Shown here one piece after another: positions 15,088-22,912 of a stretch of DNA of 22,912 bases (position 1 is its first letter; each line of letters opens with the position of its first letter). Source of the DNA: a candidate division WOR-3 bacterium (GTDB taxonomy: Bacteria > Hydrothermota > Hydrothermia > B15-G9 > WFZT01); NCBI GenBank assembly GCA_027053075.1, contig JALUEE010000112.1, forward strand, positions 1 to 22,912, written 5' to 3'. The translations under genes were made by a program, and so were the position numbers. The notes below the pieces were generated by a model. It was not told the origin of the DNA, did no database searches, and saw nothing but the letters and a program-made list of their open reading frames with translations.

Positions 15088-18000
15088 TCACTTCAATATC
15101 AACATCTTCCTGGTCGCAATTCTTTCCGAGGTTTTGAGCTCGTAGAAGTAGACTCCATTTCTCAAACCATTGGTATTCACAACAATACTGTGTTTCCCTT
15201 CTGAAAACCTGCCATTTGCCACTGTTTTTACCAATCTTCCTAAGACATCATAGATTGATAGCCTGACTCTGTCTGCATGCGGAAGAATAAAGCTTATCGT
15301 GGTTCTCTGCTTCACAGGATTGGGAACATTTTGAAGAAGCTTGAAGCTTAGAGGATTTCCGGGGTTTTCGGAGATACCTGTTCCGTAAATACCGGCAATG
15401 GCCCTGATAAACAGGTCAACTCCGAGAAGATGCCATTCACCGCTCGCAAATCTGTATGAACTATTGAAAGAACCGGGGCTGTCGAGCATCAGTGCAGGTA
15501 TTGTATCCCGGAAGACCACTCCAACATAGAATGGAGTGCTGGCGGGAACATAGAGATTTTCGTCTCTTATATCCACTGGTGTCCAGGCAAATGGATTGTC
15601 AGGTGTATTGACCGGGTAAATTGTTCTTGGCTGAATCATGTCGTTACCAAGCGAATCCCAGACATGAACGGACACTGAGTCAAGCTCGTGGTTTCCATCC
15701 ATGTAAAAGTTATAGAGCAGTGTCGTTATCCAAACACTATCAGCAGGGATACTGTCAAATCTGACAGCGAGGCTATCTCCAGGGTCTGGTAGAGTGATAT
15801 ATCCAGGATTGTCATCGTCTCTGTAAAGTATGTTACCAGCAATGTGCGTGTATTCTGCTGACTGAGCCCTGTTGCCGGAATTATCTATTGCGACGAAGTA
15901 GTAGCTCAGAAATGCTCCCGGTGTCAGCCCTCTAATCGTGTAATAGTATGTATTGCCCGAGACACTATCAGAAGTCACGTGATTTGAAGAGGCATCAATT
16001 GTGTAATAAAGAGAATCGGTGGAAATGCCACTTGCATCCATGTAAGTGGCGCTCACTATAACCGAATCGAGAATACTTGAGGTGTCAGGAATAGGAGTAT
16101 GCATTATGAATGGAGGGGAAACGTCTACAGAAGTGCCAATGATTTTCACATCATCTATAAACCAGCCGTCTTCCGTATAACCTGCATCGGAGGTAAGGCG
16201 GAACCGAATCCTGACATCCGGGTAACCGCAGAACTGGCCAAGGTCAACATTTTCAAAGGTCCACTGTGAATTATCACCGGTGACGGTTTTAACAGTGGTC
16301 CAGGTGCTACCACTATCCGTCGAAACCTCCACAAACCCAAAGTCAAATCCCTGCTCTATCCAGTAGGCATCATAAAACTGCAGGTATGCTCCACTGAATG
16401 CACTTAAATCAATTGACTGGTTGAGTTCGCCGATCAAATTGGCGTTATTGGGATAGTTCCCATTTGGGCTATCAGTGTATGAATAGTTGCCAAGATGGCT
16501 TGTCTGCCCCGTAACACCCCAATCACCTGACCAATTTCCTCCACCATTTTCAAATCCATCTGAAAATAAGAGAGAGCCATTCATATCTCCAGGAGTTGGG
16601 GGCATGGGAGCAAAATCGCAGACATTACAGTTTGTGTCATTTCCGTCTGGTATCCTTGAGATTGAATAACCTGACCGTGCATCAACTGTAGGTATTAATT
16701 CACCATAGAAATGCCAAGTAGTTGTGTCTTCCGAGCCATAGCCCACTGCGTCAAGCACGAGAGTATCATTTCCGCTGATGAATGCAAGAACCACATTGTC
16801 AGGCCCATTCTGCCAGTCAACATCATTGGTAACCATATCCGCGTTTGGTACGGTATTATCCTGTGCAACAACAAATCTCCCATTCTGATTGATGGAGTGG
16901 CCAGATAGGTCAATGGTGCGGTAAACCTGGCCGTTACTTCCATTGATTCCGATCAGGTAAACATCATCAAGGGATTGATTTGGTGGCCCAATGATTTCGG
17001 TAAACGTTCCGTGATCAGAGCCAGGAGCATCGTAATAAACCTCATTTATAATCAATCCTGTGGGTGGAGTAATCTGCGTCAATTCTGTAACGTCGTTGGA
17101 ATCCCTTGGCTCTATTTTGAAATGGCCATAGGTGTAAGTAACAGGTCCAACAACTCGGTAAAGATGACCTGAGTCAGGATTGTAGGAATAGCCCATATCG
17201 TCTACGCGTATTGGGCCAGAGCCGTCGTCAACTTCCCATTCTCCATAGCCGAGATTGGGATTGGTGCACACTGCGCTGTCAACTTCTACAAGCATGCCTT
17301 CCCACTGCTCATCTCCCACACTACCTGTAGGAAGAAGAACGGGACTGATATAGTTTCCGGTGTCGTTGACAATTATGGTATCTATATTTGAGAGCTCCGT
17401 AAGACCGTTGTATTCATGGACAGTTGCTATAATGTCTATTGAATAGCCTCTCTCAACAGATGGAGTGGAGCCTGTGTAAACAAATATTCCATTCCAGGGC
17501 TCTGAGACACTATCAACGTCCTCAAGGAAGAATCCGTAGTTGAAAATAGCCGTGACCACGCCCCAGGTCATTACAGTCATTCCTTCGAATGGGGATGAAG
17601 ACTGATGTCCCTGAATTTCCTCAATGGACGCCGGTATGAATGGCAAGAGCTGGGGCAAACTAATACTGTAAAATAGACTCTGCGGGAGTGTAGCAGGTGA
17701 ATTGTCCTGGTAGGATGAAAGACAATTTGTCTGTGAAGCCGAGTCGGGTGCGATTATATCGTAGACATCAGGGTCACTTTCTGTGTTGGTTCCACCACCT
17801 CCATTTGTGGTAGATGAAAGAGAGTCTACTTCCGCATAGAGATTTCCCGTTGAAACTCCAGAATAAACAGCGACTTTTATTATATCACCAGATGGCTCGG
17901 GGAAAGAATCGAGAGGAATGCCAAATTCTACAACATCATTTGAATAGTTGAAAGCGCAAATTTGCCCGATATTAACAGGATATCCTCCAGGTATAAATAG

Positions 18001-18474
18001 CAGTATCTGACCATCCTTTAAGACTATCATGATATTCCACCCAACCCCTGTAGCGATGTCTGAGCTATCGTAAGTTACATATGAGACGTTTGTGGTATCA
18101 ACTACAAGGAGTATTGTTACAATGGAATTTTCGGTAAGGTCTTGCATTCTTACGAGTCCATAAAGCGAATCAGAGTTATCCTTCCCAGGTCCTATTTTGA
18201 GAGTTAACCTAAATTCTTCGATGTCTGCAGATGAAAGGGCTACAGAATCCGGGTAAGAGTAAGGAGCAGGATTGTCCATAGCGTTAGGAGCATCGCCACC
18301 GTCTCCCCAATCATCACCAATTGCATCTTCCACGATCCACTCTCCTGAGTCCACGACTGCAGTATCAGCGCCAATCCCAACCCAGTCAGATGGGTCACCA
18401 TCCACTGTGATGGAATGTGCTTTCACAGTGCTTAGAGAGAAAAGAAACAACAACACAACTAAATATTTATACAT
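15088..18474 (-). CDS. Large secreted multidomain protein with a T9SS type A-like C-terminal sorting domain
   Basis: Signal peptide; DOMON/glucodextranase-C-like N-domain (VDGDPSDW, DAIGDD); OB-fold-like modules (IEEIQG...SPFEG...GVVTA, WEGMLVEV); lamin-tail-like domain (IINEVYYD); jelly-roll domain (YTDSPNGNY, GWFIDDV); CTD (LLQNVPNPV...IYDVLGRLV...GVYFY). Confidence 0.88.
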   Translation of the reverse strand: MYKYLVVLLFLFSLSTVKAHSITVDGDPSDWVGIGADTAVVDSGEWIVEDAIGDDWGDGGDAPNAMDNPAPYSYPDSVALSSADIEEFRLTLKIGPGKDNSDSLYGLVRMQDLTENSIVTILLVVDTTNVSYVTYDSSDIATGVGWNIMIVLKDGQILLFIPGGYPVNIGQICAFNYSNDVVEFGIPLDSFPEPSGDIIKVAVYSGVSTGNLYAEVDSLSSTTNGGGGTNTESDPDVYDIIAPDSASQTNCLSSYQDNSPATLPQSLFYSISLPQLLPFIPASIEEIQGHQSSSPFEGMTVMTWGVVTAIFNYGFFLEDVDSVSEPWNGIFVYTGSTPSVERGYSIDIIATVHEYNGLTELSNIDTIIVNDTGNYISPVLLPTGSVGDEQWEGMLVEVDSAVCTNPNLGYGEWEVDDGSGPIRVDDMGYSYNPDSGHLYRVVGPVTYTYGHFKIEPRDSNDVTELTQITPPTGLIINEVYYDAPGSDHGTFTEIIGPPNQSLDDVYLIGINGSNGQVYRTIDLSGHSINQNGRFVVAQDNTVPNADMVTNDVDWQNGPDNVVLAFISGNDTLVLDAVGYGSEDTTTWHFYGELIPTVDARSGYSISRIPDGNDTNCNVCDFAPMPPTPGDMNGSLLFSDGFENGGGNWSGDWGVTGQTSHLGNYSYTDSPNGNYPNNANLIGELNQSIDLSAFSGAYLQFYDAYWIEQGFDFGFVEVSTDSGSTWTTVKTVTGDNSQWTFENVDLGQFCGYPDVRIRFRLTSDAGYTEDGWFIDDVKIIGTSVDVSPPFIMHTPIPDTSSILDSVIVSATYMDASGISTDSLYYTIDASSNHVTSDSVSGNTYYYTIRGLTPGAFLSYYFVAIDNSGNRAQSAEYTHIAGNILYRDDDNPGYITLPDPGDSLAVRFDSIPADSVWITTLLYNFYMDGNHELDSVSVHVWDSLGNDMIQPRTIYPVNTPDNPFAWTPVDIRDENLYVPASTPFYVGVVFRDTIPALMLDSPGSFNSSYRFASGEWHLLGVDLFIRAIAGIYGTGISENPGNPLSFKLLQNVPNPVKQRTTISFILPHADRVRLSIYDVLGRLVKTVANGRFSEGKHSIVVNTNGLRNGVYFYELKTSERIATRKMLILK

Positions 18475-18477
18475 AAC

Positions 18478-18522
18478 TCACCTCCTTGCCTAAATTATCC
18501 CGTTTAGCGATTATGATGTCAA
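18478..18522 (-). promoter_or_regulatory. sigma70 promoter and RBS of the secreted-protein gene
   Basis: TTGACA (18522-18517), 17 nt, GATAAT (18499-18494), then SD AGGAGGTGA. Confidence 0.7.
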
Positions 18523-18600
18523 ATGAGGGGGAAAATTGATTAATTAAAAAAAATATTGCATATCCGAATAGGAAAATGTTCCTAATGCACTATAACAAAG

Positions 18601-18924
18601 TCAAATTTCATAACAGTTTAAGGTGTTGCATACTTCAGTATGGACTTTGTTGAAAAAAGAAGGTTTTACCAGGCCAATGATTTTGAGAATATTATCCTGA
18701 TTCCCGATGGCCAATTTTTTGACAATTATCACTGATTCCCTCTTTAAAGACCCATATTGGAGATCTCTGTTAGTTATAACAATTCCAGGTACCATTTTGT
18801 TCGTAGTGAGTGGAAGAAACAGAAAATCCCCCAATTTAAACTCTTTAAATATTAATACTGGCCTTGTTTTAAAATCTACATGATTTGTGTAATAAACTCT
18901 AATAAGTGATATTTGACCTACCAT
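18601..18924 (-). CDS. PemK/MazF-like toxin
   Basis: 107 aa with G.I...YTN...KTRPVLI, LPLTT, LKRES.I...KL and IIG pattern typical of PemK-like endoribonucleases. Confidence 0.8.
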   Translation of the reverse strand: MVGQISLIRVYYTNHVDFKTRPVLIFKEFKLGDFLFLPLTTNKMVPGIVITNRDLQYGSLKRESVIIVKKLAIGNQDNILKIIGLVKPSFFNKVHTEVCNTLNCYEI

Positions 18925-19178
18925 GAAGAATAATCTTCGTTATCTAAATCAAGACTTTTAGGCAGCAACATTTTCCCCATATTGTTTACTTCGTCCTCAC
19001 TCCAGTATCGGACTTTTAGTCTTTGTCCCCTGATTCTACGCCGTTTATTTTTGATATCTGAGAGAGTTTTAATACGAAGACGATATCCTGCCTTCTGTCG
19101 TCTTACTTTGTGGATGTACAAAAGATTTCGCCTCCTTCTCCTTCTTTTACTTGTTGGACTGGCAATGCGTACACTCAT
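18918..19178 (-). CDS. Putative antitoxin (Arg-rich N-terminus, acidic C-terminus)
   Basis: SD GGAGG before ATG 19178; overlaps the toxin start by 7 nt; ends DLDNEDYSSW. Confidence 0.6.
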   Translation of the reverse strand: MSVRIASPTSKRRRRRRNLLYIHKVRRQKAGYRLRIKTLSDIKNKRRRIRGQRLKVRYWSEDEVNNMGKMLLPKSLDLDNEDYSSW

Positions 19179-19202
19179 CTCAATTCCTCCCTGTTGGAGG
19201 TT

Positions 19203-19232
19203 ATTATAATACGTAGGTAGATTCATTTACAA
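19203..19232 (-). promoter_or_regulatory. Probable promoter of the TA pair
   Basis: TTGTAA (19232-19227), 18 nt, TATAAT (19208-19203). Confidence 0.5.
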
Positions 19233-19382
19233 GGACAAAATATATCTCTGAAAAATCAGGTTTTGTATCAAATCATGGAGAATGACACAACTGAAATAAA
19301 CAAAACATTGCTGATATTAAATTTTATAATTTGAATTCATCCCGTAGCCATTTACCAGACTACATTTTTAACCCAATTTTCA

Positions 19383-21362
19383 TTAAAACGTCATCTTATA
19401 CCCCACCTGAAACTTCAAAACTCCAGTTTTACTGATTTCTTCACCTGATTTTATTCTGTTTAAAGCAAGATAAACACCCGTCAGATACTTCGGCTCATAG
19501 GCTATAATTAGGTTTGTGTTAAGCGTTTTATTCTCCATCTTGCAAAACACTCTTTGGTCGCTGCAATTGCCCGTGTAATTTATATAAGGTTTCAGGAAAA
19601 TGTGGTGAGGTAGCGCAATTTCACCAAAAAGCTGTAATGTAAGAATATTCTGGCCAACCGACGGGATGATCACCCTGTAATCAGCTGTCCCAAGATTGAT
19701 AAAGCCGAAGAAACTATACTTGATTCCAAGAAAATAGAGATAAGCCCTATCACCTGCGTATGTTCCAACACCATAGACAGCCTGCATATTTCTCCAGGTT
19801 GAACCATTATAAAATACACCAAATTTGTAAAATTTAACGTCAACATCGTGGATATCAGGTATCCAACTCTTTAAATAGTCCAGCTTATTTCCCTCATATT
19901 CGAGTATTAAAAACCATGGATAAGGGCCCCAGAAGACAGTAGGCCTCAAAATTTGCATGATCCTATCTTTGCTGTATTTATCAACAACTTTCCTTCCATA
20001 AACCTTTGCGCCAAAGACCCATAACCTGCCGTATTTTTTGAAATATTTTGTATATCCAAGATTCCCCGAAATCCACCTGATGCCATCAAAGTTAAACTGG
20101 ATGTAGTTCAGTGGTGAAACGAAGTTGCTGTCTATCTCTCTTAGTGTCAAAAAGCCACCTACTCCCTGCGTTGCGCTTCTTGATATGTGAAGATTTACAA
20201 AATTGGCTCCATTGTCTATCACCCGGGCTGCCTCTGCATCAAAATTGATATCTGCTTTGGGAAAATAGTTGGTGAAGTCAAAAGAAGCGAGATTGTACCC
20301 TATCTCACTGAAGATTCCGAACACTCCGGCTCTCATAGATTTTGAAAAGTTGTAAGCATACCGATAAAACTCAAGGAAGTTGTAACTTGTATCATTAACA
20401 AGATTTGTATTCAGAGCATAGATTGTAAATATAGAATTTTCTGTAGTGGAATAAAATTTTGCCCCAAATTTTGGGAGGTCAATGTTTCTTGTTCTGATGA
20501 ACGAAACAGGTGGTGTGTAAAATGACCTCCCTTCGACAAAAAATGGTCTTTTCTCCGGATAATCTACCGGAAGGAGTGAAATATCGAACTCCTGGACATC
20601 TGCCTCAAGCTCGGAATAGTCTGGATAAACGGTCGCCTCCATAAGGGTAGATTGTCCCTTACGCCATCGAGCCGTCAAACCACCTTTTAACTCTTTCTTG
20701 TTCTCATTGTAGGTGTATCTGATGCTTGGAATCAGGAAGAAGCTGAAACCTCTGGACTTCTTGATGTATGAAAAATCGAGTTTCATGCGAGCAATATGAA
20801 TGTTGTCATTTGGGTTCTTTCGTGGGACAAGGAGCTGAATCTTCATGTTGCTCCCTGCAATATATCGCGAGAAATCCACACCCCAGTATCCCTCGTTGTA
20901 GGAAATGGTACTGAAAGGAATAATGAGTAACACATCCCATCCATAGTCTGTAATACGTGCCTTTGCCCGAATGTCTCCATCCCATTCAGTAATTCCTGAT
21001 GGGGATATCACTCTATCAGCCATGGCTCCGAGGGGATTAACACCTATGAAGTAAGCATCTTTACCAATCCCATGAGTTGCAAGATAAACGTAAAAACAGT
21101 CTTCAGTTTCTCTAACCATACCTTCTGCATCGCGTCTGCGAGAGGAGGCATGTATTCCCTTTTGGTAATTTCTGGCATAGATAACAAGCTCTTTCGGTGT
21201 GTATCCAATTGAAACAATTGATGATTCCTTGGGCATAGTATCGAATTCAGGGATAACAGTTTTCAGATAGTAGCGTGTTTTCACATCATAGATTTGATTG
21301 ACTGAAGACAATTTGACAGGCTCAATGGTAAGAGCCATGAGAATCCATAACACAACCTGCAT
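19383..21362 (-). CDS. CBM9-like/DUF5916-like outer-membrane beta-barrel protein
   Basis: N-domain with VNPLG, WDG, GW...IPFSTI and WGVDFSR; PDYSELEAD and PEKRPFFVEG motifs; alternating aromatic beta-strands; terminal Phe. Confidence 0.75.
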   Translation of the reverse strand: MQVVLWILMALTIEPVKLSSVNQIYDVKTRYYLKTVIPEFDTMPKESSIVSIGYTPKELVIYARNYQKGIHASSRRRDAEGMVRETEDCFYVYLATHGIGKDAYFIGVNPLGAMADRVISPSGITEWDGDIRAKARITDYGWDVLLIIPFSTISYNEGYWGVDFSRYIAGSNMKIQLLVPRKNPNDNIHIARMKLDFSYIKKSRGFSFFLIPSIRYTYNENKKELKGGLTARWRKGQSTLMEATVYPDYSELEADVQEFDISLLPVDYPEKRPFFVEGRSFYTPPVSFIRTRNIDLPKFGAKFYSTTENSIFTIYALNTNLVNDTSYNFLEFYRYAYNFSKSMRAGVFGIFSEIGYNLASFDFTNYFPKADINFDAEAARVIDNGANFVNLHISRSATQGVGGFLTLREIDSNFVSPLNYIQFNFDGIRWISGNLGYTKYFKKYGRLWVFGAKVYGRKVVDKYSKDRIMQILRPTVFWGPYPWFLILEYEGNKLDYLKSWIPDIHDVDVKFYKFGVFYNGSTWRNMQAVYGVGTYAGDRAYLYFLGIKYSFFGFINLGTADYRVIIPSVGQNILTLQLFGEIALPHHIFLKPYINYTGNCSDQRVFCKMENKTLNTNLIIAYEPKYLTGVYLALNRIKSGEEISKTGVLKFQVGYKMTF

Positions 21363-21368
21363 TTTGCC

Positions 21369-22892
21369 CTACCTCCTTAAATCTTTGCTGATGTTAATGA
21401 CTCTATCAAAAAATCTGTGATATTCATTAAATCCATGCATGATGATTAAAAGCGTCTTCCCCTCTGTATGATCCAGAATCAATTTGAAAACCTTCTCCCT
21501 GCTTTTTTCATCAATATTTTCCAGTGGTTCATCAAAGATAAAGAAGTCGGCATCTGATGAGAGAGCCAATGCGATGCCCAATTTTTGCTTTTCTCCTGCA
21601 GAAAGTTCGTCTGCAGTCTTCTCCAGAAAGTTTTCGAGGCCGAGTTCTTTTATTAAATCCGGATTAAGTCCTAAGCCCTTTATTTTTACAGGAGGAAAGT
21701 GCAGGGGAAGTGTTATTGAGACAACCTTCTCGGGAAGCTTGATTTCACCCGAATCGGGCTTCAAATATCCAGACAATATGTGGGCTAATGTGGTTTTCCC
21801 TGTTCCATTATCTCCAACAATACAAATTTTCTCCCCCTTTTTCACTGTTAAGTTTAGATTTTTAAAAACGTGTTTTCCATCATAGCTAAAAGTCAAATCT
21901 TTTATCTCGATAGCCGGGTGGGATTCAAAGTATTTCCCTCGTTCTCTATCTAAGAAGTTAGAGATTCTACGGAGAATTTCTCCGTACTTGCTTAAAAGGG
22001 GAAATTCGTAAAAAAGCTTGTTGATACCTGTCAGTGTCCTCCAGAATGTATTTACAAATGCGAGATAACCACCAAAGGTAAGCTCTCCTTTTATAACATA
22101 GTAGGCTCCGATGAAGAGAGATGTAAAGTCAGCTATATTCATGGTCATGTAGCTAAGTGTGTTATACAGCTGGGAGAGTTTGAAGTTCTTGAAGATCAGT
22201 TCAATGTAGTCTCTGATCTTCTCGGAATAATTTTTAAGTGTTACTTCTTCAAGTCCGTGAGAGCGCACTATTCTGAAAGCCCTAATAGCGCCCTCAAGAT
22301 TGCTGAGAAACATCCCCTGACTTTCCCTCTCCTGTTTTGTAACCTCGCGGATTTTATTTCCAATCTTGTGTGACAAATAAATGAGGATGGGAGAGATGGC
22401 AAAAAGTAATAAGCTTGCCTTCCACGACAGATAAAGCATGACTCCGATAAATATAATCACACTGACTATCTTGCTTAACAGCCTGTCAACGAGATGCAAC
22501 ATTGGGGCAAAACCTTCGTTCACATCTGTAAATACCCGCGATATATAGTAGCCCGGGCCATTTTTAGATACTTCACGGAAATCAGAGTTATAAAATTTGT
22601 TTAGAAGTTCACTGTTTAGCTCAAGGATTTTCTTATTCTCAAAGGATTTTAGCCATAGGGACCTGAAGTATGTAAGGATATTCAGGAGTAAGCCAAAAAT
22701 CAGATAGAATGTGGTTAATATAACGAACCGATGAAAATCCTTTCTAAGTATAGATTCGTCAAATATAGCTTTTAATAACAGAGGATGAATCAGTGCCTCT
22801 GACCCGGAAATAAGACTTCCAGATATAATTATTAGTAGGAATTCCCTCCTGGCTTTTTGTAGTAATGAATAGAAAGTTTTTATAGTTTGCAT
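21369..22892 (-). CDS. ABC transporter, fused permease/ATP-binding (exporter half-transporter)
   Basis: N-terminal TM domain, Walker A GDNGTGKT, signature LSAGEKQ, Walker B FFIFDEP and H-loop IMH. Confidence 0.93.
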   Translation of the reverse strand: MQTIKTFYSLLQKARREFLLIIISGSLISGSEALIHPLLLKAIFDESILRKDFHRFVILTTFYLIFGLLLNILTYFRSLWLKSFENKKILELNSELLNKFYNSDFREVSKNGPGYYISRVFTDVNEGFAPMLHLVDRLLSKIVSVIIFIGVMLYLSWKASLLLFAISPILIYLSHKIGNKIREVTKQERESQGMFLSNLEGAIRAFRIVRSHGLEEVTLKNYSEKIRDYIELIFKNFKLSQLYNTLSYMTMNIADFTSLFIGAYYVIKGELTFGGYLAFVNTFWRTLTGINKLFYEFPLLSKYGEILRRISNFLDRERGKYFESHPAIEIKDLTFSYDGKHVFKNLNLTVKKGEKICIVGDNGTGKTTLAHILSGYLKPDSGEIKLPEKVVSITLPLHFPPVKIKGLGLNPDLIKELGLENFLEKTADELSAGEKQKLGIALALSSDADFFIFDEPLENIDEKSREKVFKLILDHTEGKTLLIIMHGFNEYHRFFDRVINISKDLRR

Positions 22893-22912
22893 TTTTCTAC
22901 GTCATCCAAAAA

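Noticed and set aside
16155..18493. Small ORFs within the large secreted-protein gene
   Set aside because: Alternative-frame or antisense shadows.
21484..21885. 133-aa plus-strand ORF
   Set aside because: Antisense shadow of the ABC ATPase domain.

Overview
Bacterial genomic window, probably from a diderm FCB-related thermophile such as WOR-3/Hydrothermae. That assignment is an inference from the T9SS-type C-terminal sorting domain, the beta-barrel protein and the gene content. Left part: housekeeping and stress genes (partial pyrG, mnmA, PfpI/DJ-1, YdcF/DUF218, a secreted alpha/beta hydrolase). Centre, minus strand: a tightly coupled cluster (11079->6117) of three paralogous small beta-repeat proteins, two divergent Acr3/SBF-fold transporters, a USP, a CMD-like protein, a NifB/NifX-like protein and a PadR regulator. 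A sigma70 promoter and a palindromic operator candidate sit at its 5' end. Centre, plus strand: three coupled uncharacterised membrane proteins followed by an SDR. Right part: a large multidomain T9SS-type secreted protein, a PemK/MazF-like toxin with an Arg-rich partner, a CBM9/DUF5916-like outer-membrane protein and an ABC half-transporter. The main non-coding feature is a dense family of about 10 REP-like GC-rich hairpins, mostly with 3-nt loops and arranged as inverted doublets. One doublet sits in-frame inside a coding gene. Another copy sits in a MITE-like unit with terminal inverted repeats and a 10-11 bp direct repeat. No rRNA, tRNA, CRISPR array or transposase was found. All family assignments come from motif recognition by eye, not from database searches.
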